Shown: positions 8,358-16,650, numbered from the stretch's first letter. The stretch is 25,854 nucleotides of DNA from Rectinema sp. (GCA_039679665.1 JBDKUJ010000136.1:1-25854); one strand, 5' to 3'. The notes: generated by a model not told the origin, from the letters alone. Numbers and translations are program-made.

Positions 8358-9142
8358 CGTGCCAATGCCTGCAGCGAAAACATGGAAGCGTCGATCTTTG
8401 TGTCGATCCTGAGCAAAGTCATGGCGAAGACAGTCTCGGAATTTTTCTTGAGTTTGTCGCGCATGACCGTTCTGGAAGGAAACCAGCGCGATCCGATCTT
8501 GAGCACATCGAGTGTTTCCGTTTCCTTGAGCAGTTTTCCGCTTTTGGCGAAAAGCTCGGATTTGAGGACGACGTAACGCTCCGCATCGATCCACAAACGC
8601 CGTTTCGCATAGGCGGCATTCTGCGTCTTTTCGGTCAGTTCGAGAAGGTACGCCTTTCTGCCGAGCGCTTCTTCTGTTTTCAGCCATACGGTGTCATAGC
8701 TTTTGGAGAGACTTTCGGGTTCCAGCGCCTCGGCGTAGGAAAGATCCGAACCCATCATGCCTTGCGTAAGCAGGTGACCGGATATCTTGATCGTGTCGCG
8801 TTCCGAGGGAAAGTACATCCAGAGGTTTTCGCCCAATTTCAGCATCCTGACGCCCCTGTCTTCCGGATTGGTGAATTCGACGAAAGCCCTGTCCGGGCCC
8901 GTGGACCAGGTTTTCATGGTTTTGATCTTGATTTTGCCGTTCGACCGGATTTCCATGGATCCTTCGTATTCGATACTGTCGTAGACCATATTGGACTCGA
9001 GCTTCGCGAGAATCGAGCGGGCGTCGGGTTGGCCGTCATTCCGGGAAACGGCTTCCTGGGCGCCGGGAGATCCTCCGGCGAACGTCCGTATCGCCATGAA
9101 CGCGAGGGCCAAAAGCATCGCCGATATTGGGCGTTTTTTCAT
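8354..9142 (-). CDS. Outer-membrane lipoprotein-sorting protein (LolA-like family)
   Basis: Signal peptide MKKRPISAMLLALAFMA. Motifs FVEFTNPEDRGVRMLK...LWMYFPS...IKISG...QGMMGSDLSY and YAKRRLWID are characteristic of LolA_like proteins. AAGGAG SD lies upstream of the ATG at 9142. Confidence 0.88.
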   Translation of the reverse strand: MKKRPISAMLLALAFMAIRTFAGGSPGAQEAVSRNDGQPDARSILAKLESNMVYDSIEYEGSMEIRSNGKIKIKTMKTWSTGPDRAFVEFTNPEDRGVRMLKLGENLWMYFPSERDTIKISGHLLTQGMMGSDLSYAEALEPESLSKSYDTVWLKTEEALGRKAYLLELTEKTQNAAYAKRRLWIDAERYVVLKSELFAKSGKLLKETETLDVLKIGSRWFPSRTVMRDKLKKNSETVFAMTLLRIDTKIDASMFSLQALAR

Positions 9143-9156
9143 ACCGGACTCCTTTT

Positions 9157-9192
9157 CATACCGCACGTCATACCGCACGTCATACCGCACGG
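9157..9192 (-). repeat. 12-nt tandem repeat x3 triplicating the last codons and stop of the upstream permease (CGT GCG GTA TGA)
   Basis: The + strand reads CATACCGCACGT at 9157 and 9169, and CATACCGCACGG at 9181. Confidence 0.95.
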
Positions 9193-10433
9193 ATCGCCTC
9201 CACCGGAGCGATGCGCGCCGCGTTCCTGGCCGGTATCCACGACATGAGCGCGGCCGCGAGCATGCCGAAAACGACCGAGAGCAGAGCCGTTCCGATATTT
9301 ACCGAGGGGTGGATTACGTTGTCCATGGGCCAGGAAAAACCCGCCATCGAAGAAGTCATGTCGAACCCGATGCGCGCGAATACCGCGTTGAATACGGTTC
9401 CCGCCACTCCTCCCGCCAGCCCGCCGGCGAACCCCAGCAAGGATCCTTCGAGCAGGAAGAGCGACCGGATCCGGTTCGCGGGCATCCCCATCGACATGAG
9501 AATGCCGATTTCGCGCTTCCGCTCCAGCACCGCCATGGTCATCACATTGGCGATGACGAACGCTCCGAGCAGGGCGACGACAATCCATATCCACAGATAG
9601 ATGGAATCCATCATCGCGACCAGTCGCGGGTATTCACCGATTTTCGTCCACGGCAAAACCGACAATTTCTGTCCCGCAAGGTCCGCGCTGCGCGAATCCA
9701 GCGCGGCCGTCGCCGCCTCCGCCGCCGCGGCGGTGTCGGAACGGTGAGGCAGCATCACGAGCAGTTGCTGCGCTCCGTTTTCCATGCCCAACAGGGTGCG
9801 CGCGTCGTCCAGGCCGATCTGGAAGACCGAATCGTCCATCGAGTTGACGCCGGTCTTGAAAAGACCGGAAATCCGGAATTTCTTGAACCCGAGACCTCCG
9901 TCGGATTTTTCGGTCAGCACTTTCAGGGAATCGCCCGCCTTGAGTCCGAGATCGGCGGCGAGACCCGCTCCAAGAACCGCGTCGCCGGGCGCCCCGATAT
10001 AGGCGCCCGAGAGAATCCGCTTGTCCAGCATCAAAAGGCTGCGTTCGGTCTCCGGGTCGCCTGAAATCGCGACCGCGGCTTTGGTCGAATTTCCCGAACC
10101 GAGGACGACTCCGAATCTTATGCGTTGTGCGATCCGTGTTCCCGGCCAGCGGGAGTTCAGGGCTTCCGAGAGAATGGCCGCCGTCGTGTCAGAATCGGCG
10201 ATATAATCGTCCACCGGCGAAAATATGGAGCGTTCGCGATAACCAGCGGTCGCAATATTGATGTGTCCGGTTTCGTTTTTCGTGTAATTGCGCACAAGCG
10301 AATCCATGAAACCGGAAGTGAAACCCTGCAGTATGACGATCATGGCGATGGACAGAAAAACCGATGTCGACGCCAGAACGCTTCTGCGTCTGTTGCGCAG
10401 CAGGTTTCGCGCTCCGAACGAAAGTATAGTCAT
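9180..10433 (-). CDS. ABC transporter permease, FtsX/LolE/MacB-like (type VII)
   Basis: N-terminal RNLLRNRRRS followed by TM1 and a large periplasmic domain. ERKREIGILMSMG motif, three C-terminal TMs and a PARNAARIAPVEAIR end. Confidence 0.92.
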   Translation of the reverse strand: MTILSFGARNLLRNRRRSVLASTSVFLSIAMIVILQGFTSGFMDSLVRNYTKNETGHINIATAGYRERSIFSPVDDYIADSDTTAAILSEALNSRWPGTRIAQRIRFGVVLGSGNSTKAAVAISGDPETERSLLMLDKRILSGAYIGAPGDAVLGAGLAADLGLKAGDSLKVLTEKSDGGLGFKKFRISGLFKTGVNSMDDSVFQIGLDDARTLLGMENGAQQLLVMLPHRSDTAAAAEAATAALDSRSADLAGQKLSVLPWTKIGEYPRLVAMMDSIYLWIWIVVALLGAFVIANVMTMAVLERKREIGILMSMGMPANRIRSLFLLEGSLLGFAGGLAGGVAGTVFNAVFARIGFDMTSSMAGFSWPMDNVIHPSVNIGTALLSVVFGMLAAALMSWIPARNAARIAPVEAIRAV

Positions 10434-10445
10434 GCCGGATCTCCT

Positions 10446-11714
10446 TCAGACGAACCGCAGGGCATCGGTGACTTCCATTTTCGACGCCTTCCGCGCGGGG
10501 ATGAGCGCGGCTATCCACGAAGCGGCCAGACCGAAAATCATGCCGAACGCGAACGATTCCGTTTTCCACTCGCCTCTGAGCATTCCCGTCAGGGGGAGCG
10601 AACCCAGATCGACTTTGCCCATCATTTTCCCGATATCCAGTCCGATCGCCGATGTGTACCACACTGCGCATGCGCCGAGCGCGAGTCCGCCGACGCTTCC
10701 GATCACGCCCACCATAAGGCCTTCCAGCGCGAAAAGCCGACGGATCGCCGATGCGCCCATCCCGTACGCGCGCAGCACGCCGATTTCCCTTACTCGCGAA
10801 TAGACGCTCATCAGTACCGTATTCACGACACCGACAGCGGCGATCAGCAGGACGACCAGAATTATCAGCATCGAGTATTTTGATTTCATGTTGCGCATCG
10901 CAAGATAATCGGCCGCGGCTTTGCCGACCGGTCTCGCATCGAGACCGGGGAAGGCCGATTCGACGGCCGCGGCGGCGGCCGCGGCCGCCGCCAGTTCGCC
11001 GTCGAGGTTTTTCGAGCGGGGCAGCGCGACGTCGAGTTCGGTGACGGGAAGATCGTCGTCCAGCAGTCTGCGGGCGTCGTCATAGCGCATGAACAGGCCG
11101 GAAGCGGACACTTCGGGCGCGGCCGCGTCGAGAATTCCGACGAGCCTGTACTCGTCCGCGTTCATGCTGTCGGTTTTCGTCCGGGCGGACACGAGAACCC
11201 AATCGCCGGGCGCGAGCCCGAGATCCGCCGCCAGGCCGGAGCCCATCACGACGCCGCCTTCATCCGAGCCTTGGAACCACGTCCCTTCGCGAAGGGAATC
11301 GCCCAACGTAAAGACTCCGGAATCCGCCTTTGGTTCGACGGCCACCGCCACCACCGGCAACCCGTCGCCGGAACCGGAGCCGGAGACGGTGGCGACGAAT
11401 TTCGTCCTGGGGGCGATGCCCTCGGCTTCCGGCAGTATCTTCGCGATGCGGGAAGCGGTGTTTTCCGGATCGGGAATTCCGTATTCGAGGGGAAAGCCCG
11501 CCGATTCCGACCGGTATGCTTCGGTCGATATCGATACCGAAGAAGCGGTCTGGTCGACCATCGAGTCGATCGTCATCCTGTCCATGCCGGCGAGCAGGGA
11601 ATCGAAGAATATGTACATGCCGATGCCGGCGGTGAGCACGATCGCGGTGATGAGGGTGCGTTTTCCGTGCCTGAAAACATTCCTGAGAGCGATGGAAAAA
11701 ATGGGGTCGCGCAT
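10446..11714 (-). CDS. ABC transporter permease, FtsX/LolC/MacB-like (type VII)
   Basis: IALRNVFRHGKRTLIT at the N-terminus, SRVREIGVLRAYG motif and C-terminal PARKASKMEVTDALRFV. Start placed at MRDPIF, just downstream of the ATPase stop. Confidence 0.92.
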   Translation of the reverse strand: MRDPIFSIALRNVFRHGKRTLITAIVLTAGIGMYIFFDSLLAGMDRMTIDSMVDQTASSVSISTEAYRSESAGFPLEYGIPDPENTASRIAKILPEAEGIAPRTKFVATVSGSGSGDGLPVVAVAVEPKADSGVFTLGDSLREGTWFQGSDEGGVVMGSGLAADLGLAPGDWVLVSARTKTDSMNADEYRLVGILDAAAPEVSASGLFMRYDDARRLLDDDLPVTELDVALPRSKNLDGELAAAAAAAAAVESAFPGLDARPVGKAAADYLAMRNMKSKYSMLIILVVLLIAAVGVVNTVLMSVYSRVREIGVLRAYGMGASAIRRLFALEGLMVGVIGSVGGLALGACAVWYTSAIGLDIGKMMGKVDLGSLPLTGMLRGEWKTESFAFGMIFGLAASWIAALIPARKASKMEVTDALRFV

Positions 11715-11718
11715 CGCA

Positions 11719-12405
11719 TTACCTGCTCTCGTCGACGCGCACCAATCCATCGTGCAGTTCGACGATCCTGCGCGCCTGGTCCATGACCAGCCTGTCGTGC
11801 GTGGAAAAAATGAATGTGACCGCATCCCTTTCGTTGAGTTCTTTCATGAGGGCCACGATTTCGCCCGCGGTGCGCGAGTCCAGATTGGCCGTCGGTTCGT
11901 CCGCCAGCACGACGGCGGGATTCTTGACCAGCGCCCGCGCGATGGCGACGCGCTGTTCCTGTCCTCCCGAAAGTTCGCGCGGAAAACGGTCGGCTTTGTC
12001 CGCGATGCCGACCGCTTCGAGCATCAGAAGCGCCTTTTTCCGCATGAGACTGCGGTTGCGTCCGCCTTCGATGGCCAGGGGCAATTCGACGTTTTCCGCC
12101 ACCGTGAGCACAGGTACCAGATTGTAGGACTGGAACACGAAGGAAACATGCTCCTTCCTGTACGCGGAAAGCTCCTTTTCGCCGAGCGCCCGGAGTTCCT
12201 TGCCTGCGTAGACCATGCGGCCTTCGGTGGGCGCGTCGAGACAGCCGAGAATATTGAGCAGCGTGGTCTTGCCGGAGCCCGAAGGTCCGACGACGGCCAG
12301 AAATTCGCCCTTTTCCACGTCGAGATCGATGCCGCCCAGAGCGATTACTTCGGTATCGCCCTTTCTGTAGATTTTCTTGACTCCCCTGAGGGAAAGGATG
12401 GTCAT
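11719..12405 (-). CDS. ABC transporter ATP-binding protein, LolD/MacB-like
   Basis: Walker A GPSGSGKTT, Q-loop FVFQSYNL, signature LSGGQEQRVAIARAL, Walker B LADEPTANLD and H-loop STHD. GGAGG SD before the ATG at 12405. Confidence 0.96.
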   Translation of the reverse strand: MTILSLRGVKKIYRKGDTEVIALGGIDLDVEKGEFLAVVGPSGSGKTTLLNILGCLDAPTEGRMVYAGKELRALGEKELSAYRKEHVSFVFQSYNLVPVLTVAENVELPLAIEGGRNRSLMRKKALLMLEAVGIADKADRFPRELSGGQEQRVAIARALVKNPAVVLADEPTANLDSRTAGEIVALMKELNERDAVTFIFSTHDRLVMDQARRIVELHDGLVRVDESR

Positions 12406-12422
12406 CGCCGCCTCCTGCCGTT

Positions 12423-12803
12423 TCACCGCGCTTTTCTGAGCACGGAAAGAATCATTTCGAGATCTTCGAGATATGCTTCGAGCGCCTTGAAACCCTTCTG
12501 GGACAGGCGCACTCCTGTGAACGGTTTCCCGGACACGAAGCGCTTTAAAATCGCTATATAACCTGCGGATTCCAGCGTTTTGAGCTGGGTCGAAAGGTTC
12601 CCGCCGGTGAATCCCAGATCGTCGCGCAAATCCGTAAATCCCACTTCCGGATCGGATGAAGAAGCGAGATATGTCAATATGCGCAGTCTCGCCTGTTCGT
12701 GCACAATGCGGTCGAGCGCGCCCGGTATTCTGTCGCTGTCGCTTTTGACCGCCGGATCGGGCACCGGGGAGCTGTTCTGCGCAGGCGGCGAAATCCGGCT
12801 CAC
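12423..12803 (-). CDS. Winged-helix transcriptional regulator (HTH_34, ArsR/MarR-like)
   Basis: LDRIVHEQARLRILTYLA...FTDLRDDLGFTGGNLSTQLKTLESAGYI...K.F...KPFT...LSQKG..AL..YL. The GTG start overlaps the upstream TGA (GTGA), with an AGGAG SD. Confidence 0.88.
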   Translation of the reverse strand: MSRISPPAQNSSPVPDPAVKSDSDRIPGALDRIVHEQARLRILTYLASSSDPEVGFTDLRDDLGFTGGNLSTQLKTLESAGYIAILKRFVSGKPFTGVRLSQKGFKALEAYLEDLEMILSVLRKAR

Positions 12804-13495
12804 GACTGCGGCCTCTCCTTTCCCGGCCGGCTCGCGCCTGTCCTGAACAGTCCCGCAACGCCGAAGACTATGAACATGCCCCCGATTATCGATGCCGACC
12901 AGAACCAGGGCGCCTTCTCCATGAAAAAGAAGGAGGACAGCCCCGCCGCCAGGGAGTACACGCCGAGCACACGGTATTCGACCAGGTCGACGAGGACGTC
13001 GAGGCCGAAGGCGGCGAACGACGCGAACACCGAAAGCAGGGAGACGATGTACCAAGGGTGCCCTATGGTAAAGCAGAAGACGACTCCCGTGGCCATGGAC
13101 AGGACCGAGGCCAGGATAAGCAACACGGCCTTTCCGCCGAACATGAGGCGCAGCACTGTCCAGAACCCGGCTCCGCCGTCGATGCGCTTGGCCGCATTGG
13201 TGGTAAGAGTCACTTTGACCACGGCACCTGCGGCAAGCAGAACTGCGGGGCAAATCCAGAGGAGGGCGATCACGGCGCGCGGAGCGGCGGAAAGCGACCC
13301 GTATTCCTTGACGACGGCATTCGCGATGAGGCAAAGCCCCACCGTTATGAGTCCGTAAGGCAGGGAAAGGGCGGCGTAGATCCGTGTCGCCGCCACCTGC
13401 CGCAATATGGGATTGTTGCGGCGCAGCGCTTTCCTGAGGCCGACAACCACTTCCGCAAGTTCGTTCTTTTCGGACTCCAGGTCGGGTTTGTTCAT
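12800..13495 (-). CDS. Hypothetical integral membrane protein (~6 TM), first gene of the operon
   Basis: Several hydrophobic segments. GGAG SD before MNKPDLE. Its stop is coupled to the regulator start. Confidence 0.75.
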   Translation of the reverse strand: MNKPDLESEKNELAEVVVGLRKALRRNNPILRQVAATRIYAALSLPYGLITVGLCLIANAVVKEYGSLSAAPRAVIALLWICPAVLLAAGAVVKVTLTTNAAKRIDGGAGFWTVLRLMFGGKAVLLILASVLSMATGVVFCFTIGHPWYIVSLLSVFASFAAFGLDVLVDLVEYRVLGVYSLAAGLSSFFFMEKAPWFWSASIIGGMFIVFGVAGLFRTGASRPGKERPQS

Positions 13496-13514
13496 TAAAG
13501 TTCTCCGATTATCC

Positions 13515-13553
13515 ACAAACAAGTTTGTACAACAAACAATAATAAGTATTATT
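13515..13553. promoter_or_regulatory. Two inverted repeats, candidate operators
   Basis: ACAAAC-AA-GTTTGT (13515-13528) and AATAAT-AAGT-ATTATT (13538-13553, overlapping the -10). ACAAACAA recurs at 13532-13539. Confidence 0.45.
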
Positions 13554-13573
13554 CTTGTCAGGTATTCCGTCAA
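13545..13573 (-). promoter_or_regulatory. Putative sigma70 promoter of the envelope operon
   Basis: TTGACG-17 nt-AATACT on the minus strand, in an AT-rich intergenic region. Confidence 0.5.
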
Positions 13574-13610
13574 GCCCCAATCGATGAAGGAAAAGCGACA
13601 ACATCGGGTC

Positions 13611-13639
13611 TCGTCAAAAACGTCCGTATGTGATATAGT
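13611..13639 (+). promoter_or_regulatory. Putative extended -10 sigma70 promoter of the DUF4097 gene
   Basis: TCGTCA-17 nt-TATAGT with a TGn extension (TGATATAGT). Confidence 0.5.
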
Positions 13640-13686
13640 TTTTCACCGCCTGGATAACCGAAGCGGGAAGGAAATCGGAGGCGCAG

Positions 13687-14565
13687 ATGAGAAGCGAGGT
13701 TCGGGACCTCGAGCCCGGCTATTACCATGAAGATCTTGAACCCGGTGGGGCGGAGCGCCTCGTGCTGAGGTTCCCCGCATGCGATGTGGTGGTTACAGGT
13801 ACCCAGGCGCACACAGTACATATCGAACTCGACCTGCGCGGATCGGCCGCCGCCCTGGCGGCATGGAAGCCTTCCGTCCGCAGGAGGGAAAGCCTTCTCG
13901 TCATCGCCGATGAACTGTCCGGCGACGTCTTTCTGTCCGAAGCTCGCATCGGCGTGCCTGCCGGATTCCGCGACCTGGAGCTGCATGGCGGCTCGGGCAA
14001 TCTCGACATCAGGGACTGTTCGCTGGATATTCTCGCTTCCACCGAATCCGGCGAACTCAGGGTAGAGGGCGGCGCGGCGGTCGAAGCTTCGAGCGTTTCG
14101 GGCAGCGTCATGCTTTCGGGGATGGCTTCGGCTTTTGTCCGGACTATCGCCGGTTCGGTCCGGTGTTCGCGTATAGGCGGCCACCTTTCGGTCGAATCCC
14201 AGGGTGGCGACGTACAGGCCGATACCATCGAAGGCAATATCGTGGCGCTGGTTTCGTCTGGAGAAATCTCGGTCCAGAGGCCCGGGGGACGTCTTCGTCT
14301 GATCACGGTATCGGGAGACGTGGAACTCGAGGTTACGGGTCCTTTCGCCGGCGGCGAAATCAGCACAGGCACCGGAGACGTCAGCCTTCAACTGGACGGC
14401 GCCCATCTGGAACTGCGGGGAGAGACCCTTTCGGGCGGCATACGCGCTCCGGGTACGGTTATCGCTCAAGGTTCCGGCCCCCGCCGCTGCGCGATGCGGC
14501 TGGGTTCAGGCGGCAGGCGCCTTCACGTCAAAAGCGTTTCCGGCGACATCGAAATCGATAGCTGA
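13687..14565 (+). CDS. DUF4097 family beta-strand-repeat protein
   Basis: Repeating (S/T)xSG(D/S/E)(V/I)x(L/V) units such as SVSGSVML, TVSGDVEL and TGTGDVSL, and C-terminal LHVKSVSGDIEI. GGAGG SD. No signal peptide. Confidence 0.88.
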   Translation: MRSEVRDLEPGYYHEDLEPGGAERLVLRFPACDVVVTGTQAHTVHIELDLRGSAAALAAWKPSVRRRESLLVIADELSGDVFLSEARIGVPAGFRDLELHGGSGNLDIRDCSLDILASTESGELRVEGGAAVEASSVSGSVMLSGMASAFVRTIAGSVRCSRIGGHLSVESQGGDVQADTIEGNIVALVSSGEISVQRPGGRLRLITVSGDVELEVTGPFAGGEISTGTGDVSLQLDGAHLELRGETLSGGIRAPGTVIAQGSGPRRCAMRLGSGGRRLHVKSVSGDIEIDS

Positions 14566-14588
14566 AAAAGACGCGGGGAACTTCCACG

Positions 14589-14622
14589 GCGCGGCGGCGC
14601 GCGGTTTTCGCGGCCGCCGCGC
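14589..14622. terminator. GC-rich hairpin between convergent genes (possible bidirectional terminator)
   Basis: GCGCGGCGGC pairs with GCCGCCGCGC, with an inner CGCG/CGCG stem and a GTTTT loop. No clear U-tract. Confidence 0.4.
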
Positions 14623-14631
14623 GGGAACACA

Positions 14632-16548
14632 TCACACTTCTTCGAAAAGTTTCGCGATTCTCTTGCGGTATATCTCGTTCACCGCATGTCGCTTCAACTC
14701 CTGCTTGGCCGACAGCTCCTTCCCGACCTGGAAGGGCTCCGAGAGGAGATCGAAGCGGAATATGCGCTCGAACATCTTGAACCCATTCTTTAGGTTCACG
14801 AGCCCGGCGATTTCATAGTCGATCAGTTCCCTGACTTCGGGCTGCCGGAGCAGCGATTCGTAATCGATGTTGGGAATACTGTTTTCGTTGGCCCATGAAG
14901 TCAGGTTTTCCTGCTTCGGAACGATGAGGGCGGTCAGATATTTTTTGTCCTGACCCAGCACGATGGCGGTCCCGATGTAGTCGCTTTCGCATAGTTTCTG
15001 CTCGATCGGCACCGGTTCGATGTTTTCGCCGCCCAGGAGGACGATAGTGTCTTTCGCCCTTCCGGTAATGCGGATTTCACCGTGTATAGTGAGCATGCCG
15101 AGATCGCCGGTGTCGAGCCAGCCGACGGGCGTCATGACTTTGGCTGTCAGATCCGGCCTTTTGTAGTAACCGGCCATGACCTGCGGTCCGCGTACCTGGA
15201 TAACACCCTTTTTCCCCGGCCCGAGGAATTCGCCGTGCTCGCCTGCGATCCTGATGTCGGTGCCGCGGTGAATGGGGCCGACGGTGCCCGCCACGGGTTT
15301 GTAGCGCATTCTTACTCCCAGGACGGGCGCCGTTTCGGTGAGTCCATAGCCTTCCAGAATGAGTATGCCGATCGCGTCGAAGAATCGGTCGACGGCTCCA
15401 GGGAGCGCTCCGCCGCCTGAGACTCCTGCGATGAAATTGGGGCCGAATTTTTCCTTGATTTTCCTGAAAACGAGCAGATTGCCGAGCCCTCTGATCGGAG
15501 CGAGCAGGAGGAAAGGCAGGATCGATGCAGCGATTTCCAGTATCCTCGATCTTGGCGAGAATGCCGGAATGCGGCCGAGCAAGTGATTGCGGAAAAAGGC
15601 GTAGCTCTCGCCGACACTGACAAAGAAATCGAAGAGAACTTTCTTGGCTCCGCCTGACTGCTTTATCTGCCTGTACACACCGTCCTTCACGGATTCCCAT
15701 ATGCGGGGAACCGAAGGCAGCCAATGCGGCTGGATGGCTTTCATATCGGCGAGGAGTACCGACCCGATGGGCTTGGAGTAGGCGAGCGTAGCGCCTGAGG
15801 CCAGCACAACGTACTGGATGATGCGTTCGAAAGAATGCCAGACCGGGAGGACGGAAAGAAATACCTGGCCCGGCCTGATGTCATACACGTCGGGAATGTA
15901 TTCGGTCTGATGCAGGAAGTTTCCATGGCTCAACATGACACCTTTGGGGTCGCCCGTAGTGCCCGAGGTGTATATCAGGGTTGCGAGTTCGTCGCGTTTG
16001 CCCTGGGCGACTTCGCGCGCATAGATATCCGGATCCTTCGCGAGGAGTGCGGCGCCCTTGTCGGCCAGCGCCTGGAAGACGAGGAGTTCGAGCCCGGCGT
16101 TTGCCGTCTGCGATGCGATTGCGGCATCGGGTTCGTCGAAAAGAATCACGCGCCTGAGCTGCGGCATGCGGTCGCGGGCTTCGAGGATTTTTGCGAGCTG
16201 CCTGTCGTTTTCGAGAATCGCGGTTTCGCATTCGCTCCAGGACAGGATGTAGGAAATTTCCTGGACAGTGGCATCGGTGCCGCGCGGGACGTCCGCTCCG
16301 CCAAGCCCGAGTATTGCCAGGTCCGCCACAAGCCATTCTTTGCGGTTGTCGGAGATGAGACCGATCTTGTCCCCGCGTCTGACGCCGATAGAAACGAGCC
16401 CCGCGGCGAATTCCGATATGCGGTCGAGCAGCGTCCCATAGCTCTGGGCCCTGAAAACGCCATCTTTGTCTTTCGAAAGCTGGACGGACGCCCCGGGCTG
16501 GGCTCGGACTTTCTCCATGAACATCTGCGGTATGGTTTGCGCCATCAT
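14632..16548 (-). CDS. fadD: Long-chain fatty acid--CoA ligase (AMP-dependent synthetase, FadD-like)
   Basis: AMP-binding motif LIYTSGTTGDPKGVMLSH, plus LPVWHSFER, SVPRIWE, EGYGLTET, GWLDTGDLG and ITGRAKDTIVLLGGENIEP. AAGGAG SD. Confidence 0.92.
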   Translation of the reverse strand: MMAQTIPQMFMEKVRAQPGASVQLSKDKDGVFRAQSYGTLLDRISEFAAGLVSIGVRRGDKIGLISDNRKEWLVADLAILGLGGADVPRGTDATVQEISYILSWSECETAILENDRQLAKILEARDRMPQLRRVILFDEPDAAIASQTANAGLELLVFQALADKGAALLAKDPDIYAREVAQGKRDELATLIYTSGTTGDPKGVMLSHGNFLHQTEYIPDVYDIRPGQVFLSVLPVWHSFERIIQYVVLASGATLAYSKPIGSVLLADMKAIQPHWLPSVPRIWESVKDGVYRQIKQSGGAKKVLFDFFVSVGESYAFFRNHLLGRIPAFSPRSRILEIAASILPFLLLAPIRGLGNLLVFRKIKEKFGPNFIAGVSGGGALPGAVDRFFDAIGILILEGYGLTETAPVLGVRMRYKPVAGTVGPIHRGTDIRIAGEHGEFLGPGKKGVIQVRGPQVMAGYYKRPDLTAKVMTPVGWLDTGDLGMLTIHGEIRITGRAKDTIVLLGGENIEPVPIEQKLCESDYIGTAIVLGQDKKYLTALIVPKQENLTSWANENSIPNIDYESLLRQPEVRELIDYEIAGLVNLKNGFKMFERIFRFDLLSEPFQVGKELSAKQELKRHAVNEIYRKRIAKLFEEV

Positions 16549-16578
16549 CGCTCCTTGGTGGGATGATCTTATTTGACA

Positions 16579-16607
16579 ATATTACTATTTATGTAAAACT
16601 GTGTAAA
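16579..16607 (-). promoter_or_regulatory. Putative sigma70 promoter of fadD
   Basis: TTTACA-17 nt-TAATAT on the minus strand, in an AT-rich island. Confidence 0.5.
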
Positions 16608-16650
16608 GTGTATATTTATGGTCAGGATTGTCGTGTTGGCGGCGGCCCGG

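Noticed and set aside
8358-8687. Long N-terminal extension of the OMP ORF given by the ORF track
   Set aside because: It overlaps the LolA-like CDS in another frame. The ATGA-coupled start at 8357 yields a proper signal peptide.
9157-9192. Short repeats here and at 6317 and 21753 as CRISPR or IS ends
   Set aside because: Units are 12-18 nt and essentially contiguous, without unique 25-45-nt spacers. There are no cas or transposase genes.
10928-10991. Perfect 9-bp hairpin and a 9-Ala run inside the permease
   Set aside because: Both are compatible with chance in GC-rich coding DNA. The Ala run fits an ordinary periplasmic helix and uses mixed codons.
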